A stretch of 62,855 nucleotides of DNA, filler included, from Octopus bimaculoides (Eukaryota), in NCBI RefSeq assembly GCF_001194135.2. It is 4 parts of 3 records of this genome, joined end to end, with 100 filler letters (N's around TTAATTAATTAA, not from the genome) between each part and the next. Parts side by side here need not be neighbours in the genome. Positions count along the whole stretch, not along the records: positions 1 to 23,894 come from NC_069000.1; positions 23,995 to 31,144 come from NC_069000.1; 2 more parts are not named here. One strand, written 5' to 3'. How positions within the stretch are numbered: the first letter of the stretch is position 1; each line of letters starts with the position of its first letter. Position numbers and translations under genes: made by a program. Below are positions 12,849-24,989 of this stretch, in pieces. The notes under the pieces are model-generated. The model made no database searches. It saw nothing but the letters and a program-made list of their open reading frames with translations, and was not told where the DNA came from.

Positions 12849-13041
12849 TTGTATTTGGGGATGGTCATGTTGCCAGTTTAGCCAATAAAAACACACGCAC
12901 TATATATTTAGTGTTAATTTGCTTCAGCTTTATTTTATTTTTTACATTAATCGTATTTCGGCCAGAGTTCTTTCGTCACACTTCTGTAACCTCATCAGTG
13001 GTCCCTTCGCTGGTCGTTAGTAAGGAAATCCCCAAATACAA
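12849..13041 (-). mobile_element. 193-bp cassette bounded by a 14-bp perfect inverted repeat, containing a hammerhead core (Penelope-LTR-like)
   Basis: TTGTATTTGGGGAT (12849-12862) and ATCCCCAAATACAA (13028-13041). On the minus strand, CTGATGA (12998-12992), GG...GGCC and GAAA (12959-12956) lie inside. Confidence 0.55.
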
Positions 13042-14769
13042 TAATATCTGTTTCAACACACGATTTCACATCAAGAATCTTGCAAAACGAATACATAAAC
13101 GTAAATTAGTAGAGGTAGGTTTATCATTACGTTCGCTTGTGTTTCTTAAGGCTACGGTTCCCCATTTAGGCAGAAGTCTATCAGCTATTTTTCGTATTTA
13201 CTCGAAATCCTGAAAGATTGAAAGCCACAAAGAGAAAGATAAACAAAGAAATAAAAAGACTAAAGGAAGAACAAAAATGAAAGTAGAATGTTGAAAAATC
13301 AGAGGCGGGGGGAAAAAGAGCAACTGAGGTGGCGGCGGTGGAGGCAGAAGATGAGCAAAAAAAAGGGAAGAGGAAAAGGTAATGCACGTGAGGTGTTACA
13401 AAGTTTTAAAAGACAGAAAGTAGAAAAGAAAGAAAAGAAATAATGGGAATAAAGATGTATCAGAAAGAGAACAAAAATTCAGAGACAAACAATGATAGTC
13501 ATAAGTAGAGAAATCGAGAAAGATAAAGACATAAATTCAGAAGCATAGTTTTGCAAGGACTTCTTTCTCAACGATTAAAACTATAATTGTTAATCTCTTT
13601 CCCAACAGATAACATTTACCACCGCTTCATTTACATGTATTTTCATTAAATCATCCATTTACTCATTTGCTCGCTTCATCTTATTTATTTATTCGTTTAT
13701 TTTTCTTTCATTTCTGTACTACTGTGTTTGCAACCGATCTATTATATTGTTTCTTTTTGACAAATTTACATACGAATTTGAAATTCTCCATTTATCATTC
13801 CAATTTATTATTGTTGCGAAATACGAAACAAAACAAAAACGAAACAAAACGAAACGAAATTAAAAAAAGAAATAGCTAGATATATATAAATGTATAAAAG
13901 CAAAAAAGCGAAACTAAACTGGAGCCCGAACCAAACCGAACAAAACAAAGAATAATGGGGAAATGTAACGGAACAAAACTAAAACAAAATTCAGAAAAAT
14001 TCAAAAGACAAAAATGAAAATAAAAGCTATACAACAAAATGAAACAATTGTATCAGTGTTCATCAAATTTCACTTGGTATTATGCCTCTGAAAAAATAAC
14101 TTCTACAAACACTTATCTATGTCTTAATTTCTCTACCTCCATGTCGTTCTCTGATCTACATCTTCACACTTTTAATGTCTTTTTTTCCCTTTAACTTCCT
14201 CCTTTACTTTCCCACTATAATTCTTTTCCTCTCTCTCTCTCTCTCTCTCCCTCCCTTCCTAAATTTACTCTATCAAACTTCTTTCTGTCTCTCTCACTTT
14301 TATCGGCCTTTGTATCCCCCTCTATTTCTTTCTCTTTTAATCTCCAATTTTTCACTCTCTATATCTTTCACCCTCTTCGATTATCTCCCTTCCTCTAACT
14401 CTCCTTACATTCATATTCAAATCAGCAAATCGCAACAACCGACTGTTGCCCTCCTACTTTAGTTACAGCAATCTTTCCTCTTCGTTCGACTTCTTTCTAT
14501 TTCCTCATCCAAATTCTCAATCTTCCTCTGGCATCACATGTTTCTACGTTTGCTTCAGATCTCAACATAATTGCATTTCCGGAATTTTACAACTGAATCT
14601 GTCTGTCGGTCTTTCAGTCTGTCTGCTCGTCCTTCTTTCTATCTTTCGCTCTTCCTTTTTCTCCTTATTTATTTATCTATCTATCTATCTATTTCTCCAT
14701 CTCATGTGTCTATCTAATGTGCCTGTCTACTTTTCTACCTATTTCCCTATCTACCTTCCTCTTTACCTA

Positions 14770-14818
<49 letters not shown>

Positions 14819-15624
14819 NNNNNNNNNNNNNNNNNNNNNNNNNNNNNNNNNNNNNNNNNNNNNNNNNNNNNNNNNNNNNNNNNNNNNNNNNNNNNNNNNN
14901 NNNNNNNNNNNNNNNNNNNNNNNNNNNNNNNNNNNNNNNNNNNNNNNNNNNNNNNNNNNNNNNNNNNNNNNNNNNNNNNNNNNNNNNNNNNNNNNNNNNN
15001 NNNNNNNNNNNNNNNNNNNNNNNNNNNNNNNNNNNNNNNNNNNNNNNNNNNNNNNNNNNNNNNNNNNNNNNNNNNNNNNNNNNNNNNNNNNNNNNNNNNN
15101 NNNNNNNNNNNNNNNNNNNNNNNNNNNNNNNNNNNNNNNNNNNNNNNNNNNNNNNNNNNNNNNNNNNNNNNNNNNNNNNNNNNNNNNNNNNNNNNNNNNN
15201 NNNNNNNNNNNNNNNNNNNNNNNNNNNNNNNNNNNNNNNNNNNNNNNNNNNNNNNNNNNNNNNNNNNNNNNNNNNNNNNNNNNNNNNNNNNNNNNNNNNN
15301 NNNNNNNNNNNNNNNNNNNNNNNNNNNNNNNNNNNNNNNNNNNNNNNNNNNNNNNNNNNNNNNNNNNNNNNNNNNNNNNNNNNNNNNNNNNNNNNNNNNN
15401 NNNNNNNNNNNNNNNNNNNNNNNNNNNNNNNNNNNNNNNNNNNNNNNNNNNNNNNNNNNNNNNNNNNNNNNNNNNNNNNNNNNNNNNNNNNNNNNNNNNN
15501 NNNNNNNNNNNNNNNNNNNNNNNNNNNNNNNNNNNNNNNNNNNNNNNNNACCCAGTGCTCAACTGTTACTAATTTATAATAATAACAATAATAATAATAA
15601 TAATAATTTATAATAATAATAATT

Positions 15625-15658
<34 letters not shown>

Positions 15659-17577
15659 GTAGTACGTTTGTCTTTGTCAAGTTCAAAATAAGAAGTGATA
15701 AAAATTCAAAATTACAGAAATTTAAACGTAAAGTATGAACGAGGGCAACCAGCGTCTACAGGTTGATGGAATGACATCATCAGTTTTTAAGTTACAAGTT
15801 TATTACAGGCGAAAAGAAAAAGACAGAAAAAAAAAATAGAAAAAAGAAGACGACAGAAAAAAAACAGAAAAAAGAAGACGACAGAAAAAAAGGTCCAAAC
15901 TATCCGACAAACGTCCACAGTTTCTGTCTGCTGTCCAAATTCACTTATAAGTCTTGTGTCGACCCAAGTTAAAAGACACTTATCTAAGATGCTACCTAGT
16001 GTTATCGGATCCACGACCTCGTGAATAGTGCAGACATTAACAAGCAGTTATTTAGACAACGTCAGTTATATTAATCTTACTTATAGAGGAGCGTATCCTT
16101 TACTGACTTATTAAAAGATGAACGATACTTGTCTACTTCTGATGGGTCTATTTTCGTTTGTTACAGTAGATTATAAAACTAAATATCTGTCCAGTAGAAC
16201 GACCTAAGAAGAAATAAAAGATCCTGATAACATACCTACTATTGGTTTGCCAATGTGCTTTCATAAACTTTCTTCAGTTCTGTCAACACAGTCCGACAAA
16301 TTCTTATCTGAGCCTTGCTTTTCAGTCTGCTGAAAATCAAACTCTGTTTTTGAAATTACTACCCTGTCATCCCTTTCCCTTTAATTAGCTAGGTCTTCGT
16401 GCCTTTTGTGAAATCATGTGTCCTCGTTTGTTAGGGTGTTGCCTTCACAATCACAAGATCGTGATTTCGATTCCTGGACCAAGCGATACGTTGTGTTCTT
16501 AGGTAAAACATTTTATTACACACTACTCCAATCCACTCAGCTATAAATATATAACCCTGCGACCAACTGGCGTCCCGTTAAAGGAGGGTGTTGTGATCTC
16601 GGTCACTTACACAGCATGGAAACCGAGTAACGAGTCCTTTGAGTCCTACGACTCGAGACAGTAATACCCTTGCCACTTGCTTCGTATCTTTAATGTGTCT
16701 GTGTTGCAACAAGAATTACTCGGCCTGTTTTCCGACAGACAGTAGGTTTCAGGACTCTGCGCTCCTCGGCTGATCTAACTACGATAAGCAAACGTTTTCT
16801 CTGTTTTATACAACTGTTGTGAATCAAATATTGTTGCCCTTGACTTAAGGAGAGAACAGTCTCAGAAATATTGTTTGTAATCTAGTAGTTTCTCTGTTGG
16901 AATATCGGTCATTCGGAAACCTTTTTCTTCTTATTTCCCAGAAAAAATATTATCTTAATTCTTCTAAATCTTGCTTTGATCGTTTTATTAGATGCTTTTT
17001 TCCTTTTGCACTTTTCCTCTTGTAAACCCCCAGAAAACTTAAGTAGTTGCTTAAGATCCGGTTTTACTGCATATTACTTGACGCCTTGTTGGAAGTGACT
17101 TCCAATAAAAATAAAACAGATAATAACTTGTATGTTTTAGAACCAGCAAAATGATTGAGTTCTGTAAAATATTACACATTATAAAATTTTCCATGAAAGG
17201 CCGTTATTAAAATTTCCTAACTCTCTCTCTCTCTCTCTCTCTCTTACACGCACACATACATACAAACATACAATTACAAAACCCACACAAAGACATACAT
17301 ACATATACATACAATATGCACACAAATGCTATACATAAACATGGATATATACGCTGAGGGTGACACAGAGTATGCAGATGCACCCACATAGATACTCCAA
17401 TAAGCAAACATACCTGCACAAACACCACGCATGCACACACATATTGCATACTCCCTACACACACATACACATACATATATGAATACATACACACCACATG
17501 TACATACACATATGTTCTCACATACGTATAGACATACATAAATACACACACATGCAATACATACATACATACATATA

Positions 17578-17617
<40 letters not shown>

Positions 17618-17828
17618 CTTTTATTCTTTTACTTGTTTCAGTCATTTTACTGCAGCCATGCTGGAGCACCACCTTTAGTCGAATAAATCGACCCCAGGGC
17701 TTATTTTTTGTAAGCCTAGTACTTATTCTATTAGCCTCTTTAGCCAAACCGCTAGGTTACGGGGACGTAAACACACCAACATCGGTTGTCAAGTGAGGTT
17801 TGGGTACAAACACAGACATAAATAACAA

Positions 17829-17901
<73 letters not shown>

Positions 17902-18197
17902 CATATACACATATACACACACACATATATATATATATATATGTTTGTGTGTGCCCCATGCTTGCTTGACAACTAGTGCCACTGTGTTTTCGTCCCGTAA
18001 CCTAGCGGTTCGGCAAAACAAAACGATAGAATAAGTACCAGGCTTTAAAAGACAAGTAAGTGCTGCTTTGGGTCAGTTCATTTGACAAAAATTCCCCAAG
18101 GCTGTGACCCAGCATGGCAGCAGTCTGATGACTGAAACAAACAAAAGATAACAGATGAAAGATAGTCTATGAGGATGATAAGCAGAATTTACTGCTT

Positions 18198-18321
18198 GCT
18201 GATGCGGAAACCTTATTAGCTGATGCGGAAACCTTATTAGCTGATGCGGAAACCTTATTAGCTGATGCGGAAACCTTAGCTGATACGGAAACCTTATTAG
18301 CTGATACGGAAACCTTATCAG
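18198..18321. repeat. 21-bp minisatellite, ~6 copies of GCTGATGCGGAAACCTTATTA
   Basis: Copies start at 18198, 18219, 18240, 18261 (18-bp variant), 18279 and 18300. The last two carry G>A. Confidence 0.95.
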
Positions 18322-18833
18322 TTTACTAGCAGTGAATATAACTGGCTTTAACAGAATGTGGAAACCGTGTATCATGGTAGCCTCGCTTGTCCAGATATTA
18401 TCCTCTTACTCCTTGGCATTTTGTAGATTCAAAACTGACTTGTTTTCAGTAGCATCAAATAGCCTTTGGTAAAGAAGAATTTTAATTGACAGCATGAAGC
18501 CCTTTATCGTAGTAAATAAAAACGTTCGACATAGAGGTGGAATATAAAATATATATATCGTCAACAAAACTACCAACAAACACTTCTCAGACCTCTACAG
18601 CGCATGCATACACACACGAGTAGGCATGCACAGAGAGGGAGAGAGAGAGAGAGGTAGTACAAGTCTACAAAATTTATAAAGATTTCAAATAAGAAAAATG
18701 AGTGTTCAAGCAAAGATTATAACAATTCAAATGTTAAGGATTTTTTCTCTCATATCTCCGTTGAAGTTCATCTTTTGTTTCCAGGCTTTCAGATAGCAGC
18801 CATAATTAAAATTAGAAAATTAGAATGTGTGCG

Positions 18834-18893
<60 letters not shown>

Positions 18894-19508
18894 GAGAGGG
18901 GGGGGGACATACATACATAACTCAAGTTTGACTTATACAAAATTATCGTGTTCTTCTGATTGTCGTCTTCACAATGATTCATGGCGTTCGTCGTCTGATA
19001 ATGATGTTAAATAAGATAGACTGATGGAGCCCAGAAAATAATAATGAGATGACGGTAGCTAGAAAAACAATATAGTAATGAGATGAAAAGATAACGGGGG
19101 AAAAAAGTTATAGATACAACGAGGTAAAGTAGCTAAAAGAAACATTGATAGTTATTATACAATGGTCCGATGTTGAGATAACAGACAGTAGCAATTAGAA
19201 AAATCTTGTAATGAAATAAAAAGAAAGATAACAGATGAAGGAACAAGGCAGTTTTAAAGATAGCGGCAATAACAGCACGAATAACAAAATATTGAGAGGT
19301 GATAGAAGACAGAACGTGAGAAAAGGGACAAAAGAATCATCGTAGTTTTTGAAGAGATATCGGGATTTTGAGAATTATGAAGAGAAGGTGTAATTCTATA
19401 AAATACCAAACTATTCTTAATTATAGCAAGGAGTTAATTAGTTACACTCAACTCAGGTTAGATATAACAGGGTATAAATCTATTATAACACCTTACTCCC
19501 GTTCAGTA

Positions 19509-19890
19509 GTGGAGGCGCAATGGCCCAGTAGTTAGGGAAGCGGACTCGCGGTTTCGATTCCCAGACCGGGCGTTGTGAGTGTTTATAGAGCGAAAACACC
19601 TAAAGCTCCACGAGGCTCCGGCAGGGGGTGGTGGCGAACCCTGCTGTACTCTTCCATCACAACTTTCTCTCACTCTTACTTCCTGTTTCTGTTGTGCCTG
19701 TAATTCAAAGGGTCAGCCTTGTCACACTATGTCACGCTGGATATCCCCGAGAACTACGTTAAGGTTACACGTGTCTGTGGAGTGCTCAGCCACTTGCACG
19801 TTAATTTCACGAGCAGGCTGTTCCGTTGATCGGATCAACTGGAACCCTTGACGTCGTAAGCGACGGAGTGCCAACAACAACAACAACAAC
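19509..19890 (+). mobile_element. tRNA-derived SINE with (AAC)n tail, full length, 31-bp TSD
   Basis: A box TGGCCCAGTAG, B box GGTTTCGATTCCC, tail GGAGTGCC(AAC)n. ATCTATTATAACACCTTACTCCCGTTCAGTA is duplicated at 19478-19508 and 19895-19925. Confidence 0.95.
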
Positions 19891-20529
19891 ATACATCTAT
19901 TATAACACCTTACTCCCGTTCAGTATAACAAGGATACCCAACACCTCTTTAATATTGGGTTGTCAGATAAATTCGTTTGTTTCTTTCCAATGTTATTTGA
20001 ACTAACACAAAGCATATTTTTATCGTGTTTTGTAGTTTTATTCTTTCTCTGCAATTTTTGTTTATCATGTTTGAAATTTGAATAAATTTTACTTCTTTTC
20101 CAGATATGACAATGGAGCGAAAAGTCGAGGGGAAAAATTTATACATTTATGACCTCCAACTGCTGTTAATTGACAAGTGTCAATTTGTAATACTAAAATC
20201 ATGTGAAATGTAACGAGCTATAAAAAAAATTATGTAAATATATAACACTTAATTCTGGCTGTCCACAACAATGTTAATCTATAACAACCAACCGTTACTA
20301 AATATAACAAAAGTAAACGGTCACTAATGTTGCAGGATAAATAGCTTGGACTGCAGCGAACCAACGCTGTAGAAGTTAAATCTCTCTCAGAACATCTCTA
20401 ACGTCTAAAAAGGAAGGTCTTGCTGGATAGTACAGCCTGGAATCCACTCAATGGAATGACTACTTTTAATTAAAGGTTGGTCTACAAGGGCGGAGATTGA
20501 CTGTGGGACTAAACTATAACAACATTTAA

Positions 20530-21500
20530 ATCATGAGACTCTTTCATTGCATCCTCGTCTATCTAGTACTGTAATATCAACACCTCTAATGTCTCTGCTG
20601 AGACTACTAATAAACCTCTTCCCTTCTGACATCACTAACGACGCTACAAACAGTGCAGTTTGCTGTGTTTGTTTTATAAAGGTCATCTCTGTTGAATGTT
20701 GGCAGACCAGATCCAAAGATGTTGCTGACCCATTTAACCAGAGGGAGCATCCCCTCTCAGCTGCCAATCAGGTCTTTTAAAAATGCAGGCCTGGTCTTAA
20801 AGATGACAAAGTTTATATCCAGTTTTAAGAAAATGGATAATTTCTTTCTCGGGATGGTGTTTACTGAACTGAACAACTATGATAACCGCCTCACCTCTTC
20901 CAGTACACAGGTGGACGGAATATCTGCGTGTGTAAGTTTGTCGGGCTTGGTAAGGTGTCATTGACAACCTGGACCAAAAGTCTGAAACTATAATGTCAGA
21001 CCATCAGAAATCCGATCATGTGACCATTCGATGCATTATGGTTACCCTATATTGTCCAGTTATTTGTTAACCCATCCTTCCTCACGCATATTCTTTAAAA
21101 CGTCATTATTTCTCCTTTACTTTGATCTCATCGATACGGCAGCTTAGAAATCGGCTAATGCCTGCTCATCTTCTCTTCACCATCGCATGTCTTCGAAGAA
21201 TCTTCTGCAGCAGCTTATAAAACGTAGATCCGTGACAGTTGGCGAGGTCCCACTACAGGAGAACTATATCTTGTTTTTCTTTGCTTCTCTCAAGAGCTGC
21301 TTCACTATCCCGATATGATTCAAATAGGGAATTATTCCAGATATTCCAGATTCCTTGAATTTCTTCTGACCCGGTTCATTCATGTCAAACTCAGCTTTCA
21401 GAGGCGTTGGGCTTATCAGGATTTGGTTTTGACCAAGATGCTGCCCTCTTGCACGAATATTGCAAAGAAAGATGTTTACTTCGTGTGCTGAACATTCCAG
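20530..21500 (-). mobile_element. Heavily decayed non-LTR retrotransposon fragment, possibly R4/Dong-like
   Basis: Only scattered peptides (EEIQGIWNIWNN, GCQ, LSIFLKTGYKL) across many stops and frameshifts. Confidence 0.35.
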
Positions 21501-21899
21501 GCTGCCGTTTCATTTATCATCAAGTAGCGTCTCAGTAAAAAAGAAGGACTTGGATATAAATGATGTCCACTCCTTGGCTCTTCCCTTTCAACGTTTTCTA
21601 TCCAAATGTTTCTGAAAAACTATGACCTTTCGGCTCAAGATGATTCATATCCCTACAAATACTTGGTGTTTTGTACTCTATTGGCTTTCTGCTATTGCTC
21701 CTTAGAAGTTCTGAGCTTCTGTAGCAATTTTGCCCTTTGGTGGCACTGTGCTGTTTGTTGTAGAGTTACTTGTTCTTCCCTGCTTCGATGAGGTTGAATT
21801 TCACACACACAAACCTTTAGCTGTTGTTTCTAGGATTCTGCACACATCTACTTAAAACTACTGCCACTCACCACATTTATACTCCATCTACTCTTCGTA

Positions 21900-22272
21900 G
21901 AGTGGAGGAGCAATGGCCCAGTGGTTAGGGCAGCGGACTCGCGGTTTCGATTCCCAGACCTGGCGTTGTGAGTGTTTATTGAGCGAAAACACCTAAAGCT
22001 CCACGAGGCTCCGGCAGGGGAGGGTGGCGAACCCTGTTGTACTCTTCCACCACAACTTTCTCTCACTCTTACTTCCTGTTTCTGTTGTGCCTGTAATTCA
22101 AAGGGTCAGCCTTGTCACACAGTGTCACGCTGAATATCCCCGAGAACTACGCTAAGGTTACACGTGTCTGTGGAGTGCTCAGCCACTCGCACGTTAATTT
22201 CACGAGTAGGCTGTTCCGTTGATCGGATCAACTGGAACCCTCGTCGTCGTAAGCGACGGAGTGCCAACAACA
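21900..22272 (+). mobile_element. tRNA-derived SINE, same family as 19509, 10-bp TSD
   Basis: Near-identical to the 19509 copy. ACTCTTCGTA occurs at 21890-21899 and 22273-22282. Confidence 0.95.
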
Positions 22273-23894
22273 ACTCTTCGTACAGTCGGGGATGCAGAAA
22301 CATGGTGGGTTCAGTACCGTGTGTTTGGTCCTAGCCATGCCATTACAAACAGGTCATACGCTGCTATCCCTTTAATATAAATCATATTTACTCATTATCT
22401 TATTCTTGTACAATACAAAATTAATATTTCTTCTAATCTTTCTTATCTCAACATTTATAAACGTTGTAGCGCTGTAGTATAATTGAATATTGTGCAATTG
22501 TTGTAACGTATGTGTGTGTGAGATGCGTGTGTTTTTCTGCGGTTGCTGTGATGTAAATCATATATAAACTTTTATACTTCAACTCGATAATGGAACCATC
22601 AATGTAATTTGATGACAAACGGAAATGCAGACCATTTTCTGACCTCCGTTTTGTCTAGAGTAAGCAGATCTGTTTCAGCTATGCTTTCTGTGCCACTAAA
22701 GGATTTTCCATTTCATCAACAATGAATGCGTTTTACTAATGAAGCCTATTTGTCATATTTAATGTAAAAGATAAAATATGGCTGTCTAGAGAGGGGAAGG
22801 GCTTTGTTTTCTTTTTCTGAGGTACAATAAATCATATTTGGGGTCATACTTTAGTATTTCAGGCATATGAAACATACGATGCGTAAACTGAAAATGTCCA
22901 TCTTGGGCACCGCGATCGTTGTTGTCGAGGTCGTCGCCGTTGTTGTCGTCTCGTTGTACTATTAATAATAATATTTTCTATTGGCACCAGGTCTGAAACA
23001 CTTGCGAATCGATGTAAACGATTAATCCTTTGCCTCAAAATGATTGGCCTTGAACCATTAATGTTGAGGGAAGGGGTAGTCAATTACGGCATTGTTGTCG
23101 CTTTGATCATGGTTCGTGGTCTTCATGTTCTTCTCAGGAGAAAAATCCACAGGTTTGTCACTCTTATGTGTGATTTTGATGATCGGTTGGGAAAAAAGCA
23201 TACTTTTTTCAGCGAAGTTGGCTTCTCGTAACTGTTTGACACTGAAATGGTTAGGCGTATTTAAAGTACCAGTAGCTCTTCATTTTTTCTTTTGTTTTTC
23301 TTGTAACCAATCCAGTAATATTCCTTAACCTATCGAGGTTCAACGATTCTTTTTTGCAAAAGCACACATGCTCACAGTGTATGGCGAGATATCTGTTGCT
23401 CAACACAATTTAACACTTCTGGATATTACAAGACCGACATACATAGAGGTATAGCTGTACAATCAGCTTTTAGTAACCTTCTTTCAAATATGCTCCTTAC
23501 CTTCCGGGATAAATCTCTTGCAACTGATGTCCTTTCTAAAGCACGATACAATTTCCATTCTAGCAGAGAATAATCAAAGTGATTGTCATAGCAAGGCGAA
23601 TGCAGGAGAAAGAGAGGCCACAACTTAGCAAGCACTGACATTCACACACACTCACATCTATACACATACACACTCATACATATATACACGCATATATATA
23701 CGCACACATATGCACACATATATACATACACACACGCACATACACTCACATATATACACATAAACACACACACACGTACACACACACACATGCACACTTC
23801 ATACTTGCTAAGTTGTAGCATTTGCTGAAACGTTGCTTGTTGAGTTTTTACTTCCTGAGTTACGGTGTAATATATATATATATATATATATATA

Positions 23895-23994
23895 NNNNNN
23901 NNNNNNNNNNNNNNNNNNNNNNNNNNNNNNNNNNNNNNTTAATTAATTAANNNNNNNNNNNNNNNNNNNNNNNNNNNNNNNNNNNNNNNNNNNN
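23895..23994. other. Synthetic 100-bp scaffold join (44 N + TTAATTAATTAA + 44 N)
   Basis: Identical layout at 31145-31244 and 58862-58961. The 12-mer places stop codons in all six frames. Confidence 0.9.
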
Positions 23995-24989
23995 ACTAGG
24001 GTGTAAAATTGGCCTCATTTTATGTATAACTCAATTCTCCGTTTAAAAAAAAGGCACTCATATTGGGAAAACGAAAAAATCGTAAAATATGTTACTAAAT
24101 ATGAGAATCACCAGCAAGAAAAAAGAAAAGAAAAAACAATAGAGAAAGAAAGGAAGTACCGTTGGACATTTGGAAAGGCAATACCCCCACCTGAACTGAA
24201 CTGGGACTCACAAAGAAGAACCAAAACAAATATGGTGTATTATACAACAAGGTAGTGATGAGGCTCTTCACATAATCGAGACATAATTTGTTATAAATAC
24301 CAGAACAGTGAAATCTATGTGAGAAAACTTGTAATAGTAGTGCCAATATTTCATGTTATTATCAGATAATGATATTAATTGAAAGTGTTTTCGAGACATG
24401 ATCATTTTTACATTGTTACGAGAATTTACTGATTAGGCCCAACTTTTCAAGTGCTAGCATTTCGATTTCAGTTCACATTTCAAGTTATGCGCCTTTTTGG
24501 GCCGTATAATATCTTTTTACGTAACATTGTCACGATTAGTGAAAGATTATAATTAGTAATTATTACTTTCAAATTCAATGCAGCTAGTGACATCATTGGG
24601 AGACTGTGAGGCCCAGTGCTCGTTGCTCATTCACAAGAACTAGTCTAGAGAATATTTCTTTAAGTATGTTACTTTCAGGAGTTTGAAGTTATAAGAAATT
24701 CTGAGCTTTATGCGCTGGTATAATTTGCTTTTTCAGAAGCTAAACGGACTTACCATAGCCTAAGCTATATTCACATATTATTTGAAATATCTTCTAACGG
24801 TGTCTGTGCAAGTGTGCAGATATGATTGATCATTGACCTTTTCTTGACCTGCTTGAAGTGCATGCATCAACTCCAGACCTTGTTTCGCAACATATATTTT
24901 ATTTCAATGCTGAATCAATTATTTTCTTTCATAGGGTTTTAATACATTAGTAAGGCGGGACTGCATCGACTACTTAATATTTTGTAGTG

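Noticed and set aside
12776-13213. 145-aa ORF with a hydrophobic stretch as a membrane-protein gene
   Set aside because: It overlaps the Penelope-LTR-like cassette, and the hydrophobic run derives from T-rich repeat sequence.
18198-18321. CRISPR-like array or tandem hammerhead array
   Set aside because: Units are contiguous with no spacers, and CTGATGCG-GAAAC lacks A9 and any stem II.
19509-19580. tRNA genes at SINE heads
   Set aside because: A and B boxes continue into a shared non-tRNA body and tail with TSDs, so these are SINEs, not tRNAs.
23939-23950. TTAATTAATTAA as a conserved regulatory motif or homeodomain site
   Set aside because: It always sits centred in exactly 44 N on each side, so it is an assembly spacer.
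24255-24295. GTGATGAGG...TCGAGAC as another hammerhead
   Set aside because: Two core mismatches and no convincing stems I or III.
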